This document shows, piece by piece, positions 10,074-24,339 of a stretch of 64,000 bases of DNA. The notes beneath the pieces were generated by a model. That model ran no database searches and had not been told where the DNA came from. It worked only from the letters and a program-made list of their open reading frames with translations. The position numbers and the translations under genes are program-made. The DNA comes from Ophelia neglecta (lineage: Eukaryota). Positions within the stretch are counted from its first letter, which is position 1. Each line of letters starts with the position of its first letter. Location of the stretch: assembly GCA_965285935.1 (NCBI GenBank), contig OZ260662.1, forward strand, positions 11,594,001 to 11,658,000, read 5' to 3'.

Positions 10074-13000
10074 TCAGTGAGGCGCTGTGGGAGCGTCCTG
10101 AACAATTATCGGCCGACTGGGACATCTGATAGACGTTCGAAACTTTGCAGATGAAAATGTTGTAGCAATAGGATTTGTAATTGGATGAATTGCTAGATAA
10201 AGTAGAAAGGAAAACATGAGAAAGGCAGTGTTTACTGAAGGGGAAACTTCCACAACAACCTGGATCGATACAAGAACAAATATACTACTTAGTTGGCTTA
10301 TTATTTTAAACACTATACGCTTAACACTCTTCATTATTCGCCTTTGTCTAATTTCACTTTTTGCAATGATGGTAGAATTCAACTCATTCAATAAGCAGTG
10401 GATCGAGCGGCTACGCAATGCCAGATCAATAAGGATAACCAACGTATTGTAACCCAAAAATATAGTCTTGTAGGATACATTGCTCTCGAGATGACTGTTA
10501 ATTGGATAAAGAGGAAAACAGAATATATTCTTCTTTGTACTCGGGTTGAAAACTAAAGGTATACCAATTATGCCAGTACAAAGCACTGAGTTGGTTAATA
10601 TGGAAATAACAGTTATTTTAATGATGCGTTTCTGACCTATCAATAGTTTGTTAGATAAGATTGTAAGTTGTTGAATGGCTAGTGTAATACCCAAATGCAG
10701 GGAAAGTTCGAACGAGGCAACCGCAATAATTCCTAAAATAGAACATGAAAAAGAGTTGCTCAGAGAATGCACCGTCATAATGTCCATGTGATTCACACCG
10801 AAAAGGAAGAGCAAATAGCAGCCGTTCAACGTATCACAAAATATCTGACACAATGTAACCGTTTTAAGAGCAAAAGCACATTTACACAGCACCAACCAAA
10901 TAAATGAAATTAAATTAATGCTAACAATAGTAGCTGCCAAAAGAAGTACAGAATACGAAATTGCCTTTCTAGGAAATAACCCTGTGCAGAAATATAAATA
11001 ATTTTGAATGCTTTTCAATTGACAACCCGTCATTTTACTATGGAAGCAACACCATGACCAATCTAAATTCGTCCTATGTATAAATGCACCATGTGCGAGC
11101 AGAAAAGATTCAGGGTTAGGAAAAAAGAATGAGCAGAACCGAATATCTAACCATTTTAGGGATGATAAACCGAAAAAAATGTTAGGGGGAAGGCGATGAA
11201 TATTGGTACTTTGAAAGTTCAAAACATTAAGATGCACTAAAGTTACAAAAGAGTTTTCTTCTACATAGGTTAAAGGGTTACTTGATAGATCAATGGTGTG
11301 TACCAACCACAACCCTGCAAAAACATCTTTAGTTATCGTTCTTATTCCATTATTCTTTAAAATAATGAATAATAAATTTCTTGATCCCGTGAAAAAAAAA
11401 TCAGGCAAACCATGAACATTGGTGGATGACAATTGAAACTTTCGCAGATATTTTTTCCGTTTAAGGAGGGAAGATGGCAGAATTTCCGTCTTGTTTTTTG
11501 ATTGCTGTAAAATAAGATACTTCACATAGATATTGTAATGGACATACTCTCTCCTAAGGCTGACAACAGTTGTATCCCCAAGACATTCATATCCAACCGG
11601 GCAAGGAAGGTTCCACATGTGATATTCATCATCACATGAAAGGGGGCAGTCACATATACCATTGTTAATTTCTTTGCTATGGACACAGCGTTTTTCAACA
11701 GAACACATCAATAGCCCAGGACATGACAACCCTTTGCAGCCAATCTCATCTTCCCCATCTGGGCAATCTAAGTCACCGTCACATACCAGCTGATAAGGAA
11801 TACAATAGCTATAAGGGCACTTGAAAGAATCTTGACATTCTACCGCTGTACAATATGCGTACTTATTGTTATAAAATATACTAGTTATGCTATTTGCCTG
11901 GGAGCCAAATGCATATCCTTTTTCATAAAGACATACTGACTGAAGCAGATAGGATACATTTCTGCAACTGTCATGAAAAGGCGAAATGTTCGTTCCATTA
12001 CTTTGTTCATTTGATAATTTTCTAGTCGATTGCCGAACAATGGACGTGTTTGGAGTGTGAATTCCAGAACACGTATTACCGCACATCTCTTCGTCCGAAT
12101 TATCATGGCAATCAGGTTTACAGTCACATAAAAAAGACCCTTGTATGCATCCTATATCATTGCACTGAAAATAAACATCGGAACACACACAGTCGGGATG
12201 GCGGCAGGACGTAAAACACCACTCTGCGGAGTAAGTATGTTCGTCATAGTTGCAAACATGCTCACATATAGCTTCGTCACTTCCGTCTGGGCAGTCTGTT
12301 TGGCCATTGCACCTGTATTTATCCCAGATACATGTGCCGTCGGAGCACGTGTACATCCCTGGATGACAGAGGCTTTCCATGTGGATGGCTCTTGTCTGAC
12401 AAGCAACATGGGTAGCAGTTTTATGGTCAACAAGGCAGATACAGTGTTCGGAAAGGCCGATGTCTTTTCCTGAAATACAGTCGCAATCATGAGTCACTGC
12501 ATTCTTTTCCCCATCAACGATAACTAGAAGGTTGTCCAATGGATCAATTACCAACATCAATATAACGTGAAAATGTAAACTGTGTTTGGAAATGGAAACA
12601 ATGGTCTCCTTTTCTGAACAGGTGTCATCACAGTGCTGGATCCGGTAACATGCATTTTCAATAAGAATTGATTTCTCCGCAGAGCATACCATACTGTGTC
12701 CAGTCAAAGCTCTGCTGCGGTCACGCATTATGCTGTTATGTTGTGTTTCACATATATAACCGATGTCAAGAGGCCCCGCCCGCTGATTACAACTGACCCT
12801 GTACCATGGGTGAATGGTGGAGTGCCCAAATAGAACGGCAGTACAATGTGAATTGTCTTCTAAATCTTTTTCTGTCGTTAAGGCAAAGCGAACGTTTTCA
12901 ATCAAAGCGTCTGTACTGGAGTACAAACAAGGCATCAGGAGAGATGAGTTAGTAGAACAAACACTTTTATTCAGGTTGTGTAAATCAGACATTTGGCTAG

Positions 13001-16000
13001 TACTGCCCCAATTTGAGTACGCGAAAGTTGACCCGTCTGTCCACTGCGGCGGCTCTACCTAAACAAAAACATTAACTGGGATATGTTTATTAGTCGCAAG
13101 TGTATTCATGAGAGTTATCTCGCGTTTTTATTCGCAAAGTCCTTAAATGTTTAAAATGGTCAATTGTCATGCAATTTTCAAATACATGAAAATATGTTTA
13201 AATGTTACCTTTGAATACTTCAGACGGAGCCCAATCCAAAGCATCCCAGCTAGGTGAAAGTTGTTGACGAGTCGAGGCAATTCATCATCTTCTCCAAACA
13301 ACCATTGGTTAGAGTTAAGAGGTGAATACTCATCCATTTCAGGCGTCTGGTTCAGATATGATTGGCTCACACTTGCCGTCGTACTATGGTTTGTTATATA
13401 TATCTTATGTCTTTCATTTACCAACTCGTTCATGTGTTCTGTCAATTTATATCGCCAAGCTTTTATGGCGTCCCATTCCCATTTCGAATTAATACTAAGT
13501 AAGTGTCCTCCACTCTCCTGGCAGTGGTCTTCTCCTTGCTGCCATGAAGGGGTTATTTTCTCAGGTACGAAGAGATGGTAAATTTTATTGTTTAAACACA
13601 TACTATTTGTGCTATTCCCGCAGAATAACTCAATTTCTGACATTGACTCTTTGTCGATAACACTGTGGAAAATGTTCACTTGGTGTTTATAAATTTCTTT
13701 ACGTATGATAATCGTCACAACGGCAGGTGTTAACAAGTCCTGAGTGTGAACTGCAAGAAGTCCACTTGTGGTAGGATTGTACTCATAGGTCACGTCTCTC
13801 ATGGTCCCTTCTCTGGCGTATCTACGCTCCATTGTGCCCGCTGGAAGGTGAGCAAGTAAAGCGCTGTGGTTAGTTCTCACGTTTCCATCTCTTCGTTTAA
13901 CTTTCCACTGTATCGGATAAGTCACTAATACACTTATATCATTTCTGTCGAAGAACTGTTTTATGCCTTGGTCACTACTTTTTACGCTGATCTCTAATTT
14001 CCACAGCTTAGATTTGGTTGCAAACGTGTTTATTAAATCGTATGTAAAAGAGTGAATTCCCACATGGTCGATTGAAGCACTGATTGCACCACATGAATTG
14101 TCTTGTAAGTTTGTGAAACAAATGCCTCCCATTTGGTATGATCGAAACGAATTACACCAAAGGTTCTCCAAGAACCCGTGTAGATAGTAGATATGTTCAA
14201 TAGATAAGGTGTGTGGTGGTTTTGGCCTCGCATGATACAACATGCATGCCTTTTCGTCATTGTTTCTAAGATTCAGATCAAGCACGTATGAATAAAATCG
14301 AATACCTGAGCAGGTTCTGTAGGTGGTTGATAAGACCAACGGTTGTATTAGAAATTGTAAACGATCTTGGCCGATGGCGGTTCCTCCATCCAGCTTCGAC
14401 CACACAAATACAACAAATGGCCATGCTCTGCTGAATGCTATGGCCTGATTGGTCAAAATCAATACGCATTTGTGTGGGAAATGGTCGGGGTTAAAGATAT
14501 TTCGCAATAAATTCGTTCTTAATGTATCATGTTCGCCAAAAAGATAAGTTTCTTTTGATGTAAGCTTATTCCGAGTTATTGTCAGTAGTATATTGATATC
14601 ACCAGTATCTATACGTCGTCCCTCCATCAAGTAGTTTAAACCTGGTCTATCGCTTGTTAGTCCTTGGATACGAATGCACGTGTTGTTGGCCGCCAAACTG
14701 TAATTGGCTACCATGTTATCCCTCCTAAGTATGCCGTATTCTATGTTTATTACTCCGCTACATTTACCTAATCTTATTTTGCCAACCAGTCTGAACTGAA
14801 AACCAAAGGAATACCGTTGTAAGATGATACGGATGATATTACCATAATATAAGGGTTCTGTATAGTTAGCTAGGTAAGCCTTCAAAAAAGAAATACCGCT
14901 CGCTGAGCAGTACACAGCAACCGCCTGCTGACGGTCAGCTCGAAGGTAAAATGCCGTATGATTGGTCGATTTTAGGTTGGCTTCATTTTCAGAATCGGCC
15001 AACAGATGTAATCCGCCCGTGTCGCAAAGGCGTGTATTGTCATTTACCATTTCTACATGGTCGATATGTAGCTCTAGGTTTCGGCCATTTAGGGCTGTAA
15101 CTTCAAGGCTTATAAAGGATGTTTCGGGAAGTGAAGCCGAGCTCAAATCAAAACTGACTTCATCGTCGGGGCCTTTAATGTATTTTCGTTTCAACTGACA
15201 ACTTAAAGTAATGTACTCGCTCCCTTGACACGATATATCTGCCAAGTGTAATATAATCGATACATGAAGCATTTTATTTTTCTCTTCTGTGAATAAAGCA
15301 GCTTGCTGGAAGGTATACACAATCTGAGCCAAACCAAAGCGCGTCCAACCCTGGCTAAGCATTCCTGATTTGTATTCGGAAACCAAGCTGTTAATTTCTT
15401 CACACGTATAGTACATAGCACTTGTTATCATTGTTCTCGTGGTAGTGTAGAGGTAAGATAATCTGTCCTTACTGTTCTCAAAGATTCTAATAGATGTATC
15501 GTGGTCACAATTACCCCCAGCTACCACATACCCTATATGTTTCGACACGGGAGCTCGCACAGTCCACCATATGTTAACTGCGTCACCGCTTGTCCATGCA
15601 AAATTTGAATAGGCAGAAAAATACAGTGGTAGGTGGCGCCATTTATCATAAGCGATAAAACGATCGCGATCATAAATGGAATCATTAACCTCTAATTCTT
15701 TTCTTTCATTAAATACAGTTGATATAAGTCCCCTGTCTATTATATAATATTCCATTCTCAGATAAAATTTATCATACCAGACTATGTCTGCTTGCACAAG
15801 TAAATTACCATCAGTGACGAAGTGTAGGTCACTAACGTTCCCGCATCTCTCTAACACTATGATGTCAAACAAACTGGATATAGGCTCATTTTGTGAATAA
15901 ACGTTATACGCCTTGAACAATGAGAAAGTACCACAGTATTCACTGTAATATTGCGAACGCATCTCCACCAATGTAACGTTTAAACTGAATTCAAGAGAAG

Positions 16001-16535
16001 TTCTAGTTTGTAACAAATACGAAAGGTACCAACTGCCCTCCCCTGCTGCCGATATCCAGTCGTGAGGCTGGTATATTTCAAAGCTATCACAAATTAAGCC
16101 AGAGTAGAATACTTTGTCAATCCAGTTCGGCAGGTTATGCGTAGATCCGGTATTTGAACACAGAGCAGGATGAATAAGCCTTTGTAAATGCTCAAAAAAA
16201 TGTGTAATAGTGTTGAAATCAGGGTGAGACTTCTTTGTGAATATACCAAGCCAGATTCGCTGTTCCATATACAAAAACCACAAATGATGTCCCTTTGACC
16301 GCCTATGTTCTGATTTGTGTGAAGTCGGCCTACTCATATGAGTCGTAATTGTGGTGACCCTGTCAGCATCAAACTTATCTCTGTGGGCGGGATTGAGTGT
16401 TTTAAAGAAATTGCTCTCATCGTCTTGCTCCCAAACCTGCTCGTAATTCCTAACGAAGAATGTGCCAGAAGCTGCTGGAACCAAGAAAGTAATGTAAAGT
16501 AAATGCATAAGACTGTCCGGTCTTGCCATGTTCAT
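10074..16535 (-). CDS. GRL101-like LDLa/LRR-containing GPCR with N-terminal CUB-like region and C-type lectin domain (~2103 aa, 2 exons)
   Basis: Exons 16535-13209 and 13058-10074 are joined by a 150-bp phase-0 GT-AG intron that reconstitutes a CTLD (LWIGLRLKYSK|VEPPQWTDGS...WYRVSC...YICE). Also present: signal peptide, 4 LDLa repeats (e.g. CHPGMYTCSDGTCI...DCPDGSDE), ~5-6 LRRs, and 7 hydrophobic helices with an LxxxD-like motif in TM2 and NP in TM7. Confidence 0.85.
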
Positions 16536-17199
16536 TGAGCGGTTCTCACCTGTACATCCCCTCTTATATAAAATTCTAATGTTTCGTTTTTAATTTTGCC
16601 TTATATACCTTAATTATGTTCCTTCAATTTCATCTTCTGTTCTCCCATTATTTCAACTCTCCAATTACTTTCTTCGGCTCTATCATTAATCCAATCACAA
16701 CGTTCATTTTAATTTTCCGGTTCAGAATTTCTGGATAATAATCTATTGTTATTATTTGACATCGAGTTATAATTGTAATACTAAACAAACATCCGCGCGG
16801 CGACGAAAGGCTACGGTTACAAAATTAATGTAATGTAAGGTCTCTACATTGTATATAAATATTGAAAGGTCAAATTTAGGTATCACATTAAATGGATTCT
16901 ATTCGAGAGGATTATCTAGTAATGGTTCTCAAATTGAGAATTAAATAGTTAATTAAAACAGTGGCTGAAGAAGGCGAAAACATGTATCACGTAAACAATG
17001 ACAATATGGCTACCATTTGGTATACACGAATTTAACTCCGAGTACCCCCCCCCCCCCCCCACCCTACCAATATGAAATATTTGACTGGCTGTTTGGCGCA
17101 ACGCTAAATTCCGCTAATGCAGAATGGTTATTTCGTGTACAGTGTAACGGCTAGCCATTGTATGCATCGAAGATGTGTTTAGCGGCAACATACTACTTT

Positions 17200-17325
17200 G
17201 GTCCTTATTGCAGTCGATTTGGCATTAGTCTATGTCCAGTCCTATGACAGACAATTTGTTATCGCTACTGACTGTACGTCCTCCCTCCAGGCTCTGAAAG
17301 GGTTCTAACTATCAAATCCTTTTGA
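17200..17325 (+). pseudogene. Decayed retrotransposon RNase H fragment (I/Nimb-type LINE remnant)
   Basis: Translation IAVDLALVYVQSYDRQFVIATDCTSSLQALKGF*LSNP matches the non-LTR RNase H motif (AIxxAL...IxTDSxSxLQAL...P). Confidence 0.5.
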
Positions 17326-17689
17326 TCTCTCCTGACGAGAGACTATAAACAAAATCCTCAACACATCCAGACACGATCCCTTGGATGTGTTTTTATGTCT
17401 TTTACATGAAAGTGCTCCGGTATATGGGAAATCACCTGCATGCCCTCTTGTTTGTATTGCCTTATGTATTCTTAATAACAAATGTATATTCTCTTATTGA
17501 GTTGTGATTGAGATAATTTATGCCTCTTTGCATTCCAAAGCAGTAACCTTTAAAAAGGTTGACTTATCTATATAAATATAGCATTTAACTTTGCATTCAC
17601 CTACTTTGTTTATCCCTGACAATACACTACAATATACTGTAATGTGACAATATTTAAATGTATCCTAATGTCCTTTTTTGCCTTCTTCT

Positions 17690-18068
17690 TCTGGGTGGCT
17701 CCCATGCTAGCGTGTGAACAACACTTAATGGGAGTCTCCCTGGCCAAATGTCTACATCATAATGTCGTACTAATTTTATATATAAACGTGTATATGCGTT
17801 ACATGTACATTACATGTCTCATACTTGATCTCTTATTCGTGTATTTATTCTATAATTCCATATTGTATAAATCTCTTATTCGTGTATTTATTCTATAATT
17901 CCATATTGTATAAATCATAATGTCTTACAAATTATATATATAAACGTGTGTATATACGTTACTTATACGTTACATGTCTGCTACTCGTTATCAAATTCAT
18001 GTACATATATTATGATTTCATATTGTATTCATTGTGGTCTGAATAAAATGTTCTGATTCTGATTCTGA
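17690..18068 (+). mobile_element. LINE 3' UTR/tail remnant (tail also at ~4050-4084)
   Basis: Stem-loop GCTCCCAT...ATGGGAGT, then AATAAA followed by a (TTCTGA)3 microsatellite tail, typical of L2/CR1-group 3' ends. Confidence 0.55.
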
Positions 18069-21000
18069 TGTAAAATCACTGTTCTCCTTTGCATGCCGAG
18101 CCATGTGCGAAAGAGGCCCTGGATTAAACAATTTTCCAAGTCAAATGTCCATTTTCTGAAAATAAAAGCCTCTTCAAGCCTTATGGCTGGAACCTATGGC
18201 GGACTTCCTGGGATCAGGCTACATAAAACCAATTACATGCCATCTGCCCCACCATACCAATATTTTTAAGCTGCCTCATGTTTCACGACTTGATCACATC
18301 CCGTCTGCGAATTTGCAAATCCTATATTACACACCTTCATCTCCTGAAGAGGAATATCCACCATTTTGAAATGTTGGCAATTTAAAACCTTTATTTGAAA
18401 GGGTCTGTCCACAACGGATCCTTCGATACTTTAGAAGTGAGAAAGGAACAAAGGCAATCCTATCATTCTTCCTATAATCCCTCATCTTTTCTTTTAGTTT
18501 GTCTTCGATGCATCGCGTAACAGGATCAATGTCATCAGTTATAAATGAACCTGTTTTAGCTAAATTCTCAGAATCGGTTCTCTGTCGTTACGCTTTACCA
18601 TTTTTACATGTAGCATTCTTGGCTTCTTCGGGCTTCCGTTTGGTGTCGCTTTATCAGACCGGAGTACAATGTACAATGTCTATCTCAGCATTTTGTCTTG
18701 TGACCCCTGTTTTGTGATCAAATAAGTTGTAAATACTCTGCTAAGTATCTCCTGTTTCACCGGTTATTTCTGTTATTACATGAATGACAGGATTACTCCT
18801 CCGGTTTCTGTTACTAGGGTCAACTGCTTTTCTATTGAGGGAGATGATCATAATCTTACTTGCCATAGTTTGCTCAATAACTAAATCTCTCCCTCGATAC
18901 TGTTTGGGCAGTTTTAACAAATCCTAGTCCATATTGTTAGTCAGTTTGTGTAGTTTCCACAGTTTTTATTGTCGCTTCTGACTTATCCATCCTGCCGTTT
19001 GGACATCTAGCTTGAAATCCATTGAATGAAGTTTGGATACGATTTTTTGTAGAAGATCCTCCGTAGAAACAGACGGCGAGTGAACTCCCTGGTGGGCATT
19101 TCCCTTATGTGCCATAGCTATTTCGTAGAATGACAAAAAAAAAGTCATAATAGTCAAGTCTGGGACAAATTGTTATTAACTACTCTTTCCGGTACACCTT
19201 ATACGCTGCCTTTTCCAAAATCAGACCTACATTGAGTTTGCAAATATGTAAATAAAAATTGGAAATAGCTCCCTCCCGAATAACAGCGGCTCCACTCCGT
19301 GACCATCATCATACGCATCCATAATAAGGCAAACATACACTATTACACCAATTGCTCCATATATAATTTCCCCCCAGTATTCGATTAATGTTAAATAATG
19401 TCCGGCAGTAACATTTAGTTTACTGTCGCTGCTGGAAATAGATTAACCAATTCCTTTATTATGTGAATATATTGTCATATAGGCAAATCGGGCAAAATAC
19501 ATTTTGGATGTTTCTGTCGCGGTATGGGTTCGGCTTCAGTGATTCCTCGCCTGACTGATTTTGATCCAAGGATAGCATTGCAGTTATCTAGATAACAGAG
19601 TTTAGAGCGCTTCGTTTATTCCAGCTAAAGGTGCAATGTGCAAGCCACGCAAACATTTCGAAACTATACGTAAAATATGTTGATATTTTGGTCAACAATC
19701 CCGCCGATATGCGGCAGAATGGCATGACCCAAATAAAATGTTTTTTTTTCTTCAAAACATGATTCTCTGTCCGCCGACAGGAAAGAAATTCGTCGGGAGG
19801 GCGGTCCAAAACATTATTCTGACGTGCAGTCGTGGCTATATTTACTGTTTATCCCTCTCTATTCTGTCATCTCATCTCGCTCATGGGGCAAAAAACCGAC
19901 TTTAGTTTTGCGGATTTGCATTTAGGCAGCAAAGGGGTTCAATAAATTATGCTAAATAAATTGTTTGGCTTTTTATCACCCGTTCGACCCTTACAAATAA
20001 ATCCTTCTTATTCACCTAACCGATTGACTCAAAAATTTACCTGAAAATATTGGCAGCAATCAATTAGAAAAAAACTATCACTCTATGTTTATTTGTAAGT
20101 TGGACTAATACTGACCACCATATCTACCAATCAGCGTGAGCGTACCAGGGGCTGACCTCCATATTCACCTATCAGCGGTAAAGAACCAAGAGCCTTTTAA
20201 CAGGTTAGGAAGATGCGTGTAACGTGGTTGGTAAACAACTAGGAGAGATCTCTTACAAACGTTTGTTTTCCACTCAAGAGCAAGTGATGCCACTTATCGA
20301 TGAATATCTAATTGCGGCAATTAATAGAAAGGCTTTGTGTAAACGGCGAACGCGAAAGCAGCGAAAGTAGCGGCATGGCTTCTTAAATTGAGCTAATATG
20401 AACACAATAATAACCCTACCCATACCCATTTATATCGAAAACAAAATTGAGTATGGGTTAGGGTTGGGTTATAAAATAACTAATTTTTTAGAGTATTGTG
20501 AAATGCTGCTTTCGCTGCTTTCGCGTTCGCCGTTTACACAAAGCCAATAGAAATGTGTTATCGCCATAAACGTGGCGCACTTCTTGGTTTTCTCGGACAA
20601 GGTACCGGACTTTTCCGGACTTTCCCGGACTCAAAAGCTTTTAGGCTTTACAACGACCATTAAACATCTGCCACAAACGGAAAGGCCAGCCGTGTTCGGC
20701 ATTCCGCAAGGAGGAAAATCAAGTTTCTTTGCTGTGTTGCCAGTTTCGATCAAAGGATTATTTGTGCTGCATGCTGTGCCATCCAGCTTTAACCTTTTCC
20801 AGCGGGCTACATTAAGAAGGCGGATAGGGGGCTATGGAAAGATATTTAAAAGACAGCAATTGCAGAGCTTTGTGAAATCATGGCAACCTGAGCGTTTAAA
20901 GTCCATATAAAAAGGTTCTGCCCCCATCGGAATATTAACCCCGGACCTCTGGCATGATATGAAGGCAATATACCGAAGTTACAAATTGATAGCTCGCATG

Positions 21001-22017
21001 TACATTTTCAAAATGGCACCGTGGCCTTCATGTTGAACGTAGATCATCCGACTCTTAATCAGTTGAAGAGCGTCCTGGGTCTCATAAAATTTGATCAAAA
21101 TGGGTCCACAGACAAATATAGACACACACGCTCACACACACATACCCTCACAGACACGACTCTTAACATATAATATTTGCTCCTCTGAGCCTACTATCTA
21201 GCAGGCGTCAGTCACATATCATGTCCCTGATGCTGTTATTATGGGAATTGGGATCAGAGGTATGAAATTAATGTTATTGTGAAATTATTGTGTTATTGTG
21301 TTGGCCATATACGAGACAAAATATTATCAATATGAATCGATACTTCCATGTTAAGCATTTTCCTAATAATGAAATTCCGAACAAATACCTGTCTGGTTAA
21401 GTAGAACATAAAATATGACTATTATCCATGTATTTTCATAGCAGTGTCATCATATCGTTAAACTTTTTTATAATCTTCAGAGCTAAGGGCAATTCAATAG
21501 TCTGCAAACCACTGATTAATAATGATATGAGAAGAGTGTGGGGATAGAGGTTGTCTCCTATAAGCGCGGAATATCTTTTGTGGCTTTTCTTCTGTTCCAA
21601 TGTAACCTTCTACTCTTAGAACACTCTCTTAACAAAACGTAAAATCTGCCCTGGCGCTTTTCCTGTTACAAGTACGTATTTGGAGTACCCTGTTTTCCTT
21701 TCAAAGTCCGGCGAATATTTTCAGCGGACTTCTTTTAGATGATTTAGAGCGAGCTGGATTATTGAGCCACAGTTTAAGAATATCTGTAGCCCCGTTGGTT
21801 ACCGTTTCAGAATTCTTCCTGTTGCATTATCTACGTAGGCTATGGTATCGAGAATGATGCACCCATAATTATTCATAAAAGGCAACGCAGCAATTATCAA
21901 AAAAGCTTATCAAGTCAACAATCTTGGCCCCGCATGCCGTGTATAGAAGGCACATCAATTTGTTGACCACTTTTCATACCACGTGATGTCTGATTTATTA
22001 TATTTTATAATACATTT
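17953..22017 (+). repeat. ~4.1 kb direct repeat, copy 2
   Basis: Near-identical to 3968-8066; lacks the 34 bp flanked by ATG microhomology. Confidence 0.95.
20331..20545. mobile_element. MITE (duplicate of 6380-6594 inside repeat copy 2)
   Basis: Same TIRs and AATAGAAA TSD. Confidence 0.9.
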
Positions 22018-23115
22018 TGTCACAAGGTAATTTCCAGTTACTGAACTGAAGATGGTATGTGTGTGCCTGCAACTGATGATTCCCTATTGTTTCGGATAGA
22101 TTAAATTGGTTATTTCTGAATATTCAATCAATATTTTCTGCCGTACCCCCATTCTCACACTTGTATTTGTTTATTGAATGTGCCTAATAAAGAGTGGTTT
22201 ACATCGGTTTATCGAGATATTGGTTCAAACAAAAAATAAGGAAATGTTAGGAAATTGAAATGTAGACAGGACAGGTAGAAGCGTTGTATCGTATTAGAAA
22301 AAAATTGTATCCTTATGGGACCTTCTGTAATTTTGTTCAGGGTTTGGGCCTTGAACTACAATGAAATTGTCACACGGGGAGCCCTCGTCAAAACTGAGAA
22401 AACGAAATGATTTCTTTTCAGCCCCCCCCCCCCCCCCCTGATCATATTTGGCAGGTTCCTTACTTCTGCGCGGTATGTAGCAGGTTACGTAGCTGATTCT
22501 ACACGCAGGTGGTCTCGGCCATAACGTGAACCCGACGGAGGTGTGCGGTGAATTATATCTCGAAACCGAAGGTCGAGGGAAAATCTGGACACCTTCCGAG
22601 GGACAAATTGTTTGGCCTAGTTCCCTAATCAAGAAACCATATTTGTTTTATTAAAAGTCCATGAAGATAATAACTAATTGTTTATCAGCAGGATCGTTAG
22701 CCTTGCCTAAAAAACCACACCACTTTGTCAATTTCATCTTAATGCAAAAACACATCGCTTCTATAATCTATTCAATAATAAGATAATGCAACCAAATTAA
22801 CTAAGCGAATTATTAAGGTCCAAGAATGATGTTTGCTCCACTAAACTGTGAGCTTAGCTGATCTCTCAATGCAAACAATAATAGGTCTGTAATCACATTG
22901 ACTGTTCTCCCAGGGCGACCGTGAACTTCATTCCTATGTTCGCTTTTTCGATCTATAGACAACCCACCCGATGTACAAACGTTCGAGATATGTGGTGATA
23001 TCCAGCTTGAACTGTGTCATTGAACATTTTAAATCGCTAAAGCCAAAGGTGTTTTGTGCCTTGGTCGATTTAAAAATTAAATAGATATAGATGCTCACTC
23101 GTACAAATCAGGTAG

Positions 23116-23444
23116 GTTGTTGTTGTTTGGGGTTTTACGTGGCTTACAACACTTATCGGTCATATCGCTACAGTGCCTACTTGTGACAGTGGGCTCAATG
23201 CCCTCTTTAGAGTGTTGCCTCACTGGAGTACCTGCCGTAGACACCAGACAGGGAACCCCACCCAGTCACATTATACTGACACCGGGTTGACCAGTCCTGA
23301 TACTACCCCCGAAATACCGGGCGCCTGGCAGGGGAGCTATCAGTACCTATTTTTACATCTTGGGTTTGACGCGATCGGGAGTCGAACCCTGGTCTCCCAC
23401 TTGCGAGGCGGACGCCCTAACCACTCGGCCACGCTTTGGTGGTC
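23116..23444 (-). mobile_element. tRNA-derived SINE (Meta-core-like), full length
   Basis: Minus strand: Pol III A box TGGCCGAGTGG (23431-23421), B box GGTTCGACTCC (23389-23379), conserved core (plus strand CAGTCACATTATACTGACACCGGG), and (AAC)n tail. Confidence 0.85.
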
Positions 23445-24339
23445 AGCGTGTCGAGTAAGTAGGGGTTAATGGGCGTATGCTTCAGGTCACCCGTACTATG
23501 TGCATTGTTGTTATAGCATTGTATCCCAGGAGCCGGTTTATGTAACTTGAATGCGTGAAACGAATTAAAACACCGTGTTGTCTTGAGTATCTAGTCAAAC
23601 AGGTACATTTGACGACATATTGGAAGGTTTTGCCTTCTTTTACTAGACGTAAATCGACCTGTCCTATCACGGTCGGCCATGTTGGCGAAAAACTGACTTA
23701 TCTTTTCGAAAAAGACTTGATAAATGCCCAAATCGCAATGAATATGGTACCAATCAATCCATTTAACAATATTTTTATGAAACTGTTGTGATAAAAACAA
23801 CAATTTAAATTTCGTACCTTGCATACCTCGGGCACCTTCGGATCCGATGATCGCCGAGGTGACAAATAGGCGGCCATGTTTCTACTAGGTTCGGACACCC
23901 TTAATCCAATTTAAATCACGATTACAGTACTTGATCTGCCTTATCTTCCTAATCGATCTTTCTGGAAGCTGGATTTGGTCTAAAACTTCGTCCTGGAAAC
24001 ACCGGTCAACATCGTCTCATCTTCTCGGCTTATCGATCTAATCTTCAAACTTAAGACCGCTTTTTAGAAACCCGGAGCAGAGTTTCACGGGTTGCCTCTT
24101 GTTAACTGAACAAAGGGTGAAACAATAAAGTGACAGGACAGTGTTATAGATTCTACTCGTGTTCTGACTGGTGTCAAATCGTGGGTGAATTACAATACAC
24201 CAGTATGCGTAATACGCTAAGAATTTAACAAATGCATGAAACCTGTGAATTAAGACCAGCCAAGGGACTGAAAAATGCTCGTCTGATAATGTAGGCGATC
24301 TTTCCTTTTTTTTTTATAGTGAAAGTGTATATTATAGTA

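Noticed and set aside
3968-22017. The 4.1-kb direct repeats read as LTRs of a giant retroelement
   Set aside because: No TG...CA termini, PBS/PPT or gag-pol seen; the repeat is a mosaic of old TE fragments.
23817-23880. AACATGGCCGCC start plus GT donor suggesting a first exon (MAAYLSPRR...)
   Set aside because: No downstream exons could be linked; may be a YY1-like motif within a repeat.
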